The notes beneath the pieces are model-generated. The model did not search any database. It was not told the DNA's origin and saw only the letters and a program-made list of their open reading frames with translations. The position numbers and the translations under genes are program-made. A stretch of DNA of 64,000 nt. It comes from Candidatus Doudnabacteria bacterium. Lineage in GTDB: Bacteria; Patescibacteriota; Doudnabacteria; UBA920. Below, one piece after another: positions 37,908 to 48,589 of the stretch (its first letter is position 1; each line of letters starts with the position of its first letter). The stretch lies in assembly GCA_963837465.1 (NCBI GenBank), contig CAWINB010000001.1:220981-284980 (forward strand), in the 5' to 3' direction.

Positions 37908-37961
37908 TGAACAAAATTTAAAAAATTAAATAAAATTGACAAAATTATCCGGTAAGCTTCG

Positions 37962-38417
37962 TTAATTTCGTTCATTTTTGTCAATCATGTCAATTTTGTC
38001 AATCCTTCTTTGATGTCTACCGCCGTCAAAGCCGGTTTCTATCCATAGGTCTATCGCGCGCTCAACTTCACTTGGGCTTAAAAACTTCGCGCCAATAGAA
38101 AGCACATTGGCGTTGTTGTGCTGTCTGGACAGTTTGATAATATCTTCGTGGCCGCCATAATACAAAGCCGCGCGAATACCCTTAACCTTATTTGCCACCA
38201 TAGCCTCCCCGTTTCCGGACATACCAATGACTATACCCATACTCCCGGGATTTTGCGCCACTTTAACCGCGCAGGGGTAGATAAAATCCGGATAGTCATC
38301 TTCCGGGTCAAAAGCCCCTGGGCCGCAATCCTCCACTTCCATATCCGTATTTTTTAAATGCGAAATAATTTTGTTTTTTAATTCAAACCCGGCGTGGTCA
38401 CTGGCGATGTAAATCAT
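37962..38417 (-). CDS. rpiB: Ribose-5-phosphate isomerase B
   Basis: ASDHAG, HNNANVL and GGRHQRR motifs. Confidence 0.93.
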   Translation of the reverse strand: MIYIASDHAGFELKNKIISHLKNTDMEVEDCGPGAFDPEDDYPDFIYPCAVKVAQNPGSMGIVIGMSGNGEAMVANKVKGIRAALYYGGHEDIIKLSRQHNNANVLSIGAKFLSPSEVERAIDLWIETGFDGGRHQRRIDKIDMIDKNERN

Positions 38418-38419
38418 AG

Positions 38420-38503
38420 TAATTAGCGTTTAGCGCATAGTGATTAGCGGATAGATTAGGAACGCCTGTTTTCCTAAACGCTATACGCTAACCGCTAAAC
38501 GCT
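38420..38503. repeat. Empty TAGCGTT/AACGCTA heptamer element
   Basis: Same units as those flanking the four-helix-bundle gene, with no cargo. Confidence 0.85.
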
Positions 38504-39185
38504 ACATATTGATTATCTGATTAAAATCCTTGGCAATTAAACTTGCGCCACCGATTAGCAAACCGTCGACGTTGCGTTGTTTTAAAAATTCCGCGGCGTT
38601 GGCTAAATTAATACTGCCGCCGTACAAAACTTTTTCGGCTTTATATTTGTTTTTAATAAAAATCGCGATTTTTTCCGCGTGCTCCGGCGTGGCCGCTCTG
38701 CCGCTGCCAATGGCCCAAACCGGTTCGTAGGCCACTGCTACTTTTTTAGCATCAACATCTTTTAAATCCGCCTCCAGCTGGCCGCGCAAAACATCCACCA
38801 CGTCCAAATCATCCTGCTCCACGGTAGTACCAAAACCCACGCACAAAACCGGCGTAATTTTATGCTCCAGCAAAGACCGCAACTTAAAATTCACCATCCC
38901 ATCACTCTCACCCAAAGCCCGTTTTTCACTGTGCCCGACAATGCAATATTTAACCCCCAAATCTTTCAACTGCGCCGCGCTGGTCTGCCCGGTAAACGCG
39001 CCCTTGTCCTGCCAAAAACAATCCTGCGCGCCCAAGTTGGGATAATTGATGGACGACAAATAGATGGTCGGCGGACAAAGCACAACTTTATTTTTGGCTT
39101 TAGTGGAAATCGAAGACGCCAACTTCTGCGCGTCTTTTAGAGTATTAGGATTTAACTTCCAATTTGCGATAATAAGTTTTTTCAT
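38502..39185 (-). CDS. tpiA: Triosephosphate isomerase
   Basis: ANWK, GHSE, AYEPVWAIG and YGGS motifs. Confidence 0.95.
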   Translation of the reverse strand: MKKLIIANWKLNPNTLKDAQKLASSISTKAKNKVVLCPPTIYLSSINYPNLGAQDCFWQDKGAFTGQTSAAQLKDLGVKYCIVGHSEKRALGESDGMVNFKLRSLLEHKITPVLCVGFGTTVEQDDLDVVDVLRGQLEADLKDVDAKKVAVAYEPVWAIGSGRAATPEHAEKIAIFIKNKYKAEKVLYGGSINLANAAEFLKQRNVDGLLIGGASLIAKDFNQIINM

Positions 39186-39192
39186 ATGGTTA

Positions 39193-40218
39193 TCACTCCC
39201 CCTTTAAAAATTTCGTGCTCACCTCCGGTGGAATCGGATTCACCGGAATTCCGGTGGCGAATTCAAAGCCGGCCCAAATGGTAATGCGGGGAAAAATCGT
39301 TAGATGCCAGTGGTAGGCTTTTTCTTCGTGCGCGCTGTGGCGATGATCTCCGTCAGGCCTTTTTAAAGGCATGTTGTGGATGTAAAAATTCAGCGGAGGG
39401 TCGGAAAGCTTGGCGTATAATTGCCCCAGCGTAACCTTAAGCACAAAGGACAGATGCTTAATTTCATCGGCCGACATATCCTCAAAACGCGCTCCGTGTC
39501 TTTTGGGCAGAATCCAGGTTTCAAACGGGCTGCGGCTGGCATAGGCGGAAATTACCACAAAATGTTCGCTGTCATGAACCACGCGGTCTTTTACGCTCAA
39601 CTCCTCTTTTATGATATCACAATAAACGCAAGCGCGGTTAGCCTGGTAATAATGGTAGCAGCCCAAAATTTCGCTATGGATGTGCGGCGGCACAATGGGC
39701 GTGGCCAATAACTGATAATGAGGATGGACAATGGACGCTCCCGCATCGCGCCCGTGGTTATGGAAAATCTGCACGTACTGCAGTTCCGGATTATTAGCAA
39801 GCCGGTTTATGCGGTCAATAAAAGTTTTAATGGACAGCTCCACTATGGAAATGGATTGCAGCGCCACCGGCTCGTTATGCTTGCGCGTCACAATAACCTC
39901 ATGGTCGCCGTTGCCGCTGTGGGAAACGTAAAATTCCTTGTGTTGGTAAATTTTAGTTTGTTCCAGGGAAGCAAACTTGTTGGGAATAATCCTGACTTCC
40001 CAATTACTGTCCTTAGGGTCCAAAATATTCCCGGCCGCGCCATAGCGCGCGATTTCCGGATTTGCCTGCTCATTGCCCGGACAAAACACGCAGCCCGCGT
40101 CCACCTCCGGCACCCCGTGCATAACACTATAAGTAGCGTACTGGTCCGGCCGCTTGCCGCGACTCGGAGCAATCAGCACCCAGTTTTTTGTTATTGGGTT
40201 TTGCCTAAATTCAGACAT
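39193..40218 (-). CDS. galT: Galactose-1-phosphate uridylyltransferase family protein
   Basis: CVFCPGNE, NKF and GASIVHPHYQ motifs. Confidence 0.88.
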   Translation of the reverse strand: MSEFRQNPITKNWVLIAPSRGKRPDQYATYSVMHGVPEVDAGCVFCPGNEQANPEIARYGAAGNILDPKDSNWEVRIIPNKFASLEQTKIYQHKEFYVSHSGNGDHEVIVTRKHNEPVALQSISIVELSIKTFIDRINRLANNPELQYVQIFHNHGRDAGASIVHPHYQLLATPIVPPHIHSEILGCYHYYQANRACVYCDIIKEELSVKDRVVHDSEHFVVISAYASRSPFETWILPKRHGARFEDMSADEIKHLSFVLKVTLGQLYAKLSDPPLNFYIHNMPLKRPDGDHRHSAHEEKAYHWHLTIFPRITIWAGFEFATGIPVNPIPPEVSTKFLKGE

Positions 40219-40220
40219 AA

Positions 40221-40262
40221 GGGGTTAGGGGTTAGGGGTTAGGGGTTAGGGGTTAGGGGTTA
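40221..40262 (+). repeat. (GGGGTTA)6 tandem heptamer
   Basis: Six perfect copies between yqgF and galT. Confidence 0.95.
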
Positions 40263-40296
40263 GAAAGTGCATTACTCTCGCCCTATTCCCTTGCCT

Positions 40297-40680
40297 CTAT
40301 CCCCTATTTTTCTTATCCAAATAATTTTGCAATAAAATTTGCGCAGCCAAACTATCCAAGTTCTTTTTTTGTCCGCTAATATGTTCCGCCATTTGCGATG
40401 ACAGCCGTTCGTCTGTAATTTCTATTTTAATTTCAGTCAATTTCTCTAGCTTCTCCCTGAATTCGGCCACTTCCCTTGTCTTGTTAGTTTCCTCTCCACT
40501 CATATTCAGGGGCCAGCCCACAACTATTTTAGTTATCTGATCATCCGCGATGATCTGCGAAATCTCATCCCAAAAATCCCTCGGCGATAAAATCGCAAGT
40601 TCCCGCGCAAAAGTTTGGCTCTCATCGCTAATTGCCAAGCCTATCCTTTTTTCTCCGTAATCAATTCCGAGTATTTTCAT
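40297..40680 (-). CDS. yqgF: YqgF/RuvX nuclease
   Basis: LGIDYGEKRIGLA, DERLSS and DSLAAQILLQ motifs. Confidence 0.93.
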   Translation of the reverse strand: MKILGIDYGEKRIGLAISDESQTFARELAILSPRDFWDEISQIIADDQITKIVVGWPLNMSGEETNKTREVAEFREKLEKLTEIKIEITDERLSSQMAEHISGQKKNLDSLAAQILLQNYLDKKNRG

Positions 40681-40739
40681 GGGGTTAGATGTCAGGTTTT
40701 AGGTGCCAGATCTCTAAACTAGAACCTAACACCTAAAAC

Positions 40740-42065
40740 CTATTTTGATTCTCCTAATGTTACTTTTACGTTTTCTTCCTGGCCTTTGTGGTAAATTCTC
40801 AAGGTTACTGTGTCGCCGGGATTGTAGTTGGAAATAAGCGACGCCAGGGTATTATTTTCATCGATTTTTGTCCCGTTAACCGCCAAAATAATATCGTTCC
40901 CCATTAAGCCGGCTTTGTCGGCAGGGCTTCCTGGAACTACGGCAACATCGGCAGGACTCTGACCGCGCACAATCAACGCGCCGTAGTCTCGCGGCAGATT
41001 TTCCTGGCTGGCAATATCATCTGTAATGATAACATACCTAACGCCTAAAAAGGCGCTGGTTATACGGCCGTTTTTTTGGTAGCTGGCCACGGCCTTGGCC
41101 GCTTCGTTGGACGGAATGGCAAAACCCACCAGCTGACCCTCCTGGTCTATAGCCGTATTAATGCCAATAACCTGGCCGGCAATATTAAGCAAAGGTCCGC
41201 CGCTGTTACCCGGGTTAATGGCCGCGTCGGTTTGTATAACGCCGGATAAATCTTCGCTGGAACCGTCGTCGCTGCCCGCGGTTATGCTCCTGCCAATGCC
41301 GGAAACTATTCCGCTGGTGACGGTATTTTGGTATTGCCCCAATGAGTTGCCTATGGCAATAACGTGCTGGCCAACCTGCAGCTGGGACGAATCGGCAAGT
41401 TTAAGGTACGGAGCGTTGCTGATATTAATTTTCACCAGCGCCAAATCGTTTACCGGATCCCGGCTTAAAACCTGCGCGTCATACTGTTTGCCATCGCTGG
41501 TAATTACCGTGTAGCTGTCGGTGGTATCGGCCACCACGTGCTTGTTGGTTAAAATCAGGCCGTCCGATGAAATAAAAAATCCGCTGCCGGCGCCGACTTC
41601 CTGCAGGCCGCTTGAAGGGTTTTGATTATCCGATGAGCCGCCTCCGTTTTGGGGCTGCCGCTGCCCGTTGTTAAAAAAGAAGTTAAAAAACGGATCGCTG
41701 TCAAAAGGGCTCATGCCGTAACCCGGGATCTGGCTGACGTTTTGGGAAACAATGATGGACACCACGGCCGGACCCGCCGATTTTACCACGCTCACAGTTG
41801 AAGAGTCCTCATTATAAGTTATGATTTGCCCGGGCATAGCCGAAAAAAATCCCGGCAGCAGCTTTTTACCCAAAGACGAGCTTAAAAGATAAAAATCCCC
41901 CGCCGCCCCGCCGACAGCGCCAAAAACCAAACTCAAAATAACCGCTAAAACTAATATTTTAGTGGTTTTACTTTTTAAGCCGACTTCGGAATTATTTTGA
42001 TTTATTTTATTTACAGGAGTTTGGTTTTGGTTTGGAACCGGAGGAGTTTGTTCTAAATTGTCCAT
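40740..42065 (-). CDS. HtrA/DegP-like serine protease with a PDZ domain
   Basis: TNKHVV, DLA and INPGNSGGPL motifs. Confidence 0.93.
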   Translation of the reverse strand: MDNLEQTPPVPNQNQTPVNKINQNNSEVGLKSKTTKILVLAVILSLVFGAVGGAAGDFYLLSSSLGKKLLPGFFSAMPGQIITYNEDSSTVSVVKSAGPAVVSIIVSQNVSQIPGYGMSPFDSDPFFNFFFNNGQRQPQNGGGSSDNQNPSSGLQEVGAGSGFFISSDGLILTNKHVVADTTDSYTVITSDGKQYDAQVLSRDPVNDLALVKINISNAPYLKLADSSQLQVGQHVIAIGNSLGQYQNTVTSGIVSGIGRSITAGSDDGSSEDLSGVIQTDAAINPGNSGGPLLNIAGQVIGINTAIDQEGQLVGFAIPSNEAAKAVASYQKNGRITSAFLGVRYVIITDDIASQENLPRDYGALIVRGQSPADVAVVPGSPADKAGLMGNDIILAVNGTKIDENNTLASLISNYNPGDTVTLRIYHKGQEENVKVTLGESK

Positions 42066-42100
42066 GCGATTAAAAATTAATTACCGCACCTCTTAACTAA

Positions 42101-42173
42101 GAGCCTGTTTAAAAATTCATTTTGGCTGCAATTTCAGGAATTGGGCTGCAAAAGCAATTTGTTAAACAGGCTC
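42101..42173. mobile_element. 73-bp MITE with a TAA target duplication (IS5-like ends)
   Basis: taa-GAGCCTGTTTAAAAATT...AATTTGTTAAACAGGCTC-taa. Confidence 0.7.
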
Positions 42174-42310
42174 TAAGAGGCGCTAATTCTGCATATATTA
42201 TAACACAAAACCGACCTTTTAAAAAAAGCCGGATGTAGGAAACACATTGTGAAATTGCGAGTGCAGCCGAAGCAATCCCATTAATCATTAAGGCCGTTAC
42301 CCCTGTCAGA

Positions 42311-44285
42311 CTATTGCTTAAGTCCACCCCACTCAACCATCACGAATCCCTTTCTGTCAAAATGATTCAGTACTTCCGGTACCGGCTGCGTGCTAGGCAT
42401 ACTTGCCAATGCAGACCAATCCAAAAATATTCGCAACACGCTGTCCGGCTTTGGCGAAACCTGCGTTGGAATAAACTTGTTCATAGTTTGAGTCTGGAAA
42501 AATGACAACCGATAATACGGAGCGTTTTTGCTCATTAATTGCGGCAACCAATAACTCATCATATCTGTTTTTTCTTTTTCGGTTAGGCCGATTTCGGTAA
42601 GTTTACCATCCAGAAAACCTGCGACCTCATTTTTACTTACAATCCAGCCGCCGTTGGCAATAGGATAACTACCGCTTGTCTGTCCTTCCCAATATAAATA
42701 TGGGTAAATTCCCCGGCGACAAGCGTCTTGAGCATATTCAGAACCGGCTACCGAAGAATTTATTTTATCGCAATCAGTCTCCTGCGGCTGCAAATCTTTA
42801 AGCTCGCCATCAGGATTAGCCAAAACATCCCACTGCCCGTTGTAAGTTGGGATATCCAGGGTAAAATTCATAGGGTTTAAAAATTTAACAGTAACTTGGG
42901 TTGGCTTGGTAGGATATAAATAGATTACCGGCTTGCCGCAACCGCCGCCAGTTTGGTATTGCCACTCTCCCAGGCCTATATATCTGCCCCAGGGATCTTG
43001 GAAAATTAAAATTGGATTAGAATGCTAAATAAGTTTGGTAACTGGGAATAGGCTGGTTATTATTTATACCGCCAAACTCGTCTTTCCAGGCGGTTATTTT
43101 GGAATAATATTCTTCCTGGTTAAGAGGGTGATTTGGGTCTTTAAGGGTATATAGCTGGACACCACCATTTAAAGTTGTGGCTATTGGACTAAGGTCGCTG
43201 CTGGAAATATTTTGCAAAACATATGTTAAGTTTGCCTCCCCGCAACCGCCGGGAAATAACTCACCATATTCTTGGTAGACAGGAACATTAGAGTTTAGCT
43301 CATCTTGTTTATAAAAATTAAAGTCATAAATAAAAGTAGGGCCGCCTTTACCCTTAGACCTGTTATATTCTTCCTTGGAGATAAAGCTATAGTCATAAGC
43401 CAACCCTGCCTGGTCCTGAACTAGAATATTGGTGTTGGCAGATATGTATTTTTGTTCTGTAGCAATTAAAGTTTGATAACCCGAATCCTCGCTGCCGGTT
43501 TGCGGAGAGGGAATCTTGACAGGCTCTGCATAAAAACTTAAACCCGGAGAGTTGCTGGATAATGAAGGAGTGCCGGAAACAAAAGAGTTCCAGTCAGGCT
43601 GTCCTTGGACCATAATAAAATTGCCTTCGTCTATGGTAGCCGGAAAATTTGAAGGTATACTGCCAGCTCCTACCACTTTTGCCGTATTGAAAATAGTATT
43701 CGGGTCGGTTAAATCAGCTTCCGCGGTAGAGTCAGTGTTGGTATCCAGAATAAATTTTTGGTAGTCCTTGGTCGCAAAAATATATGTAGCGGTTCCTCCA
43801 TAATTTTCATCTGAAGTTGTGTAAGCGGCTACGCGGTGGTAGCCAGCGTATTGACCAGAGCTGATTATACCATCGTCTAGATATTGAATATTTGGATTAA
43901 AATTATTGCTCTGCTCAAAAGAATTAAGGACAAACAATTCGTATCCGCCGTCCATTATAACCTGGCTTGTTGAGGCCGTTCCATTTGCACTGGGCATTGC
44001 TGAAGGCAGGCTGGTGGTAGGAGTAGGCGGATAAATAAAATTCCCCGGAGCGACTCCTGGAACTGGTGGGTAAACTGATGGGGATCCTACTTTAAGCGAT
44101 GCGGGAACAGTTTTGGTTATATTTGAATTTTTTGATTTATTTATACTAAAATATACGCTTACAACCGCCGCCGCAATCACGATTAAAACAGCCATTGCGA
44201 TTAAGCCGTTGTGCCGATACCATTTTTTTATTGCGGGTGGCGTTGGCGAAAGAGGCGATGGGGATGAAAAATTTTGGTTTTCCAT
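42311..44285 (-). pseudogene. Surface protein with a C-terminal KPVIYLYP..EWGG domain, split by a 1-nt frameshift near 43020
   Basis: After the stop at 43017 another frame reads NPILIFQDPWGRYI..CGKPVIYLYP straight into the 42311..42871 ORF. Confidence 0.8.
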
Positions 44286-44319
44286 TTTTGTTTCTTGTAT
44301 ATTTATTATTTGCTTTATT

Positions 44320-44712
44320 TTAGCACAATAAAATAATTCTCACCATATTTTTTCTGGTTTGTGTGGCAAAATAGCTTTGAGCTATGGCTATCGGTTCTTT
44401 GTTAGGGTCGCCATTTTGTGCAATAAGATAGCAGGCATAACGGTCCAATTTATAATCCCCTACTTGCCTGACTGTATTTGAACCCACATTTACCATTTTA
44501 ACCGTCCGGTTAAAATGGTTATCCACAACCTGGCCGCTATTGATACAAGCCCTGGCCGCGCGGCCAATAACCTCTTCGGCTTTTTGCCAATTAGGATAAT
44601 CCAAAAGCGGCATTAATTCCCTAGCCTGCCAATATTCTACTCCGTTTTTATCAATTTTTTTAATGCTCTCAAAATCTCTGTGCGGGCCCTGAATTGTAAT
44701 TTCCTTTTCCAT
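44320..44712 (-). pseudogene. Truncated DinD-like (BRO-N) protein
   Basis: EYWQARELMPLL..RYACYLIAQNGDP..AQSYFATQTRK, then an abrupt end; the C-terminal half is missing. Confidence 0.7.
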
Positions 44713-44733
44713 AAATTGCTTAGAGCCTGCCAA

Positions 44734-46359
44734 TTACTCCACCAATTCCCCGCCAAAGATTTGCAGGGCGTCGGTTAGGGCGGCGGAAACGGAGGGCTGG
44801 GCGTTTTCCTGGGTAAGGACGCGGGCGGAGACGGACATTTTTTTTCCGGTAACTTCCTCAAAGGCCTGTAAAATTACTTGCGTATTTTTGGGATTTTCCA
44901 AATGCTGCTTGTTGAATAAAAACTTAACGCCAACGTAAACTTTGCCCCCCATAACTTCTATGAGCGAACAACTCTTAAGCAAATTAGCCAAGGGTCCGTT
45001 AATCTGCTTGATTTTAGCTATTACTCTGGGCCAGAAAGTTTCCACCTCGGCCAAAGTCATAACAGCCTCATCGGCGGCCGGCGCTTCGGCAATCGGCGGC
45101 GCTTCAGGCAACCCTGCGTCCGCGGCCGCGGGCTTTGGCGCGTAAATGGATTCCGTGATTGCAACGGCTGTCTTTTCCGGCTCCGTGTCTTTAACCGATG
45201 TTTTAACACTAACCCCAGGCGCCTGGGCCGCGTCCGGTTTGCCGGTTTGCCGGTCATTTGATTTGTCTATCATTTGATTCGCGGGCTTCCTAAACGCTCC
45301 CTCCAGCGCCGCCAACAACAAAGGAATTTGGGGGCTTGGAGAAGTGTCCAAGTCCTTGCAGGAACGCAAAAACAGCCGGATGATAAAAATCAAATCCTGG
45401 GATGAAAAATTTTCCGTTAACCTGGCCAGGGTTTTTAGATGATCTTCGGACAAAGAAAAGCTTTCCCGTCCCTCTGTAATTTTATAGACAAGCGCTTTGC
45501 GCAAATATTCCAGAAAGTCACGGTTTAGAATGGTAAAATCCAGACCTTTGGCCGATAGAGTGTCAAAAAATTCCGGCAAAGCCCCGGCTCCGGAATTTGC
45601 CGTTAACTCCAGGAGTTGTTCGCAAACGGCAATGTCCGTAATGCCCAAAAGCTGCTGGCAATCCGCCGCGCTTGGATCGGACCCCAAAGTCATGACCTTG
45701 TCCAGCAACGATAAAGCGTCGCGCAGGCTGCCGTCCGAGTTCTGGGCGACCAAATCCAGAATTTCAGGATTCAGGCTGATTTTTTCCAAAGCGCAAATTT
45801 TTTGCAGCTGTCCAAAAATCTCCGCGGCCGGTAAAGCTTTAAAATCAAAACGCTGGGTGCGGGAAATAATCGTGACCGGCACTTTGTTTATTTCCGTGGT
45901 AGCCAAAATAAAAACAGCGTGTCTGGGCGGCTCTTCCAAAGTCTTAAGCAAAGCGTTAAACGCGCCCTTGCTCAGCATATGAACCTCGTCTATAATAAAA
46001 ACTTTATATTTGCCAACGGCGGGAGAAAACTTGACGTGTTCAATAAGTTCGCGGATATTATCCACTCCGGTATTGGACGCCGCGTCAATTTCCACTAAAT
46101 CCATAAAATTCCCGGCTTCGATTTGCTTACAGACATTGCAAACTCCGCAAGCGTCGCCGCCTTTGGAATTTGGACAATTTATGGCTTTGGCTACAATTCG
46201 CGCCACAGAAGTTTTGCCTACTCCCCTGCTGCCCGTAAACAAATAAGCGTGCGCCGCGTGGCCCAAAGCCACCTGGTTTTCCAGGGTCCGGATAATATGT
46301 TTTTGCCCCACCACCTGGGCAAAAGTCTGGGGCCTGTATTTGCGGTATAAAACAGCCAT
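44734..46359 (-). CDS. dnaX: DNA polymerase III subunit gamma/tau
   Basis: LYRKYRPQTF, GSRGVGKT, DEVHML and SRTQRF motifs. Confidence 0.97.
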   Translation of the reverse strand: MAVLYRKYRPQTFAQVVGQKHIIRTLENQVALGHAAHAYLFTGSRGVGKTSVARIVAKAINCPNSKGGDACGVCNVCKQIEAGNFMDLVEIDAASNTGVDNIRELIEHVKFSPAVGKYKVFIIDEVHMLSKGAFNALLKTLEEPPRHAVFILATTEINKVPVTIISRTQRFDFKALPAAEIFGQLQKICALEKISLNPEILDLVAQNSDGSLRDALSLLDKVMTLGSDPSAADCQQLLGITDIAVCEQLLELTANSGAGALPEFFDTLSAKGLDFTILNRDFLEYLRKALVYKITEGRESFSLSEDHLKTLARLTENFSSQDLIFIIRLFLRSCKDLDTSPSPQIPLLLAALEGAFRKPANQMIDKSNDRQTGKPDAAQAPGVSVKTSVKDTEPEKTAVAITESIYAPKPAAADAGLPEAPPIAEAPAADEAVMTLAEVETFWPRVIAKIKQINGPLANLLKSCSLIEVMGGKVYVGVKFLFNKQHLENPKNTQVILQAFEEVTGKKMSVSARVLTQENAQPSVSAALTDALQIFGGELVE

Positions 46360-46369
46360 AAAAATAAAT

Positions 46370-46535
46370 TAGGACTTCCGCGTTTAATGCTATAAATAAT
46401 TAAATTAATGAATTAAACCACAGGGGCTTGGCCAACTTCGTCGTTATTTTCCTGCGGTGTTTGTCGTCGTAGGTGAACTACGCCTCCAAACATCCTCGGA
46501 AAATGCCTAGAATTTGGCCAAGCGCGGAAGTCCTA
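46370..46535. mobile_element. MITE-like element with 13-bp TIRs and an internal hairpin
   Basis: TAGGACTTCCGCG / CGCGGAAGTCCTA termini; a related left end is at about 17838-17871. Confidence 0.65.
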
Positions 46536-46589
46536 CGATTCTCAAATTTGTTAGTTTATTATACCATCCCCGGAGACCGGGGGGAAATT

Positions 46590-46631
46590 AAACAAGGGCG
46601 CCCCTTGCTCGACGCAAGGGGCGCCCTTGTT
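46590..46631. terminator. GC-rich hairpin downstream of the phosphoesterase gene
   Basis: AACAAGGGCGCCCCTTGC-TCGAC-GCAAGGGGCGCCCTTGTT. Confidence 0.7.
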
Positions 46632-46648
46632 GGCCCTGTGATTCGGGC

Positions 46649-47767
46649 TTACTGCAAAATAATCACCACAATTTCGCTGTTAGTCCCAATCCTTTGCGGC
46701 GGTCCCCAGGTGCCGGCGCCGCTGGTGGTGATTACCTGCATTTTGCCGAACGGTTTTAACCCGTAATCATAGCCGTGAAATATTATCCCGGTTAAAAAAT
46801 TAAAAGGAAAAAGCTGGGCCCGGTGCGTGTGTCCGGAAAGCATAAGGCCAACGCCGTCGCTCTCCGCCGCTTTCATTCCCGTGGGGACATGCTTCATCAG
46901 AATAGTCGGCTTGGCCCTGTCATAAGGAATTTTAGCCAAAACCTTGGCCAGTCTTTTTTTACCCTGGGTGGCGTGGTAGGTTACCCCCGCTATCTGCAAT
47001 CCTTCTATTTCAACAAACTCGTTATGCAAAACTTTAATACCGGCTTTGGCCAGCGCCTGAAAATAAGCAGGATGGTGGCTGAACTCTTCATGGTTGCCGT
47101 TGGCAAAAAATACGCCGTATCGGCTTTTTACGGCGCTGAAAGGCTGGGCCAGATGCTGATAAGCGGCCGGAGTGCCGTCAAAAAAATCTCCCGGGATGAG
47201 GACAATATCCGGTTGTTGCCTGTTGGCGAGCGCGGCGATTTTTTTGCTGAAATTCAGGCCGCGGATGTTGCCCAAGTGGACATCGGCCAGCATGACAATT
47301 TTTTTACCGTGCCAGTTTTTGGGCAAATCCGCCAGACTGACTTTATAGGTTTTAACTTTTACGCGGTAAGAATTCCATACGCCCCAGGCGCTTACAAACA
47401 AGGCCAGCAAAAGCAGGAATTTCCCTATGTCCGCGACCGGCCACATAAATCCAAACAGCAGGCTGACGATTTTTACCAGCCAGTAAACCACCGAGGCCAT
47501 AATTAAAACCCATCCGGTACCCATCCAGATGGCCAGTGACCAAAAAATGGCGGTGCGCCGGGGGCTGGAACGCCTCATGACCAGCAGCCAGGAAAAAACA
47601 AAGCCTGCCCACAAAGCCAAAAAAGTAAAAGCCAAAAATTCCAGGTTCAGATAACCGTGGATGCCAAAAATATTGACAACCGTGGAAAACACAATCCAGT
47701 TGCCAAAAAATACCACGGCCTGATAGAGTGAAGTTACAAGCAGAGCTCGTAGGAACAATAGATTCAT
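46649..47767 (-). CDS. Membrane-bound metallophosphoesterase
   Basis: DVHLG, GDFFD, GNHE and GHTH motifs. Confidence 0.9.
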   Translation of the reverse strand: MNLLFLRALLVTSLYQAVVFFGNWIVFSTVVNIFGIHGYLNLEFLAFTFLALWAGFVFSWLLVMRRSSPRRTAIFWSLAIWMGTGWVLIMASVVYWLVKIVSLLFGFMWPVADIGKFLLLLALFVSAWGVWNSYRVKVKTYKVSLADLPKNWHGKKIVMLADVHLGNIRGLNFSKKIAALANRQQPDIVLIPGDFFDGTPAAYQHLAQPFSAVKSRYGVFFANGNHEEFSHHPAYFQALAKAGIKVLHNEFVEIEGLQIAGVTYHATQGKKRLAKVLAKIPYDRAKPTILMKHVPTGMKAAESDGVGLMLSGHTHRAQLFPFNFLTGIIFHGYDYGLKPFGKMQVITTSGAGTWGPPQRIGTNSEIVVIILQ

Positions 47768-47879
47768 TTGTATATTAAAAAAGAACCTGCGGGCAAGAAC
47801 CTGTTTTAAACAAAATAATTTTTAGGCGGGGTCGCGGCAACTTCGGGCAAATTGGCGCGTGTAAATTTTGATGTTTAAG

Positions 47880-48539
47880 CTATTTTTTAAACACAAATAT
47901 TTTGTAGCCTATAAAATTCCAGACGAGGGAAACGCAGGTCGCGACCACAAAAGCCAGATTTTTATTCAGATCCGCGTTGGCGCTTAAATGTATGGCCGCG
48001 GAAAACCTGGCCACAATGGCAACGTTAATCAAAAAGCCTATCAAACTGACAATAAAAAACGCGGCCAGAGGGTTTTTTGTGTTTTGGGTGGTGTTATTGG
48101 ATAAGCCGAAACTCTTCCACAAGACCAGTTGCGTCAGTAAAAAAACCGCTAAAAGTATCAGATAAAAATAATAAGCCGCGCTTAATTTGGAAGCAATGAG
48201 TACCAGTAATACCGACAAAACTCCGACCGCGCCCACACCAACCAGCCGGAAAAAATTTTGCGTTAAATTCAGCGTTTGCTGCCCAAAAGCCCAGTCTTTA
48301 TTCCAGTAATAACTTTGGGTGGTGGCTAAAATAAAACCCAAGCCGCTGATTAACCCGAGTCCGCCGCCCTGTTCAACCCCCAAAAATTTGGAAATCAGGT
48401 TAGAGACAATAAAGCTAAGCGCGGTATTTAGAAACCCGATGGCCCCAAAGCGGCATAATTGCAAAATCACCGGATAACGTCGCAAAAATCCGCCGATTTG
48501 ATTGCTTAAAGATATTGGCTGCGTCTGGTAACTGTCCAT
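47880..48539 (-). CDS. GtrA family membrane protein
   Basis: RFGAIGFLNT, YYWNKDWAF and WNFIGYKIFVFK motifs. Confidence 0.85.
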   Translation of the reverse strand: MDSYQTQPISLSNQIGGFLRRYPVILQLCRFGAIGFLNTALSFIVSNLISKFLGVEQGGGLGLISGLGFILATTQSYYWNKDWAFGQQTLNLTQNFFRLVGVGAVGVLSVLLVLIASKLSAAYYFYLILLAVFLLTQLVLWKSFGLSNNTTQNTKNPLAAFFIVSLIGFLINVAIVARFSAAIHLSANADLNKNLAFVVATCVSLVWNFIGYKIFVFKK

Positions 48540-48589
48540 GGATATAATTTCAAATCCAGATATTTATGTCGGGTTTAAATTTGGTATTT

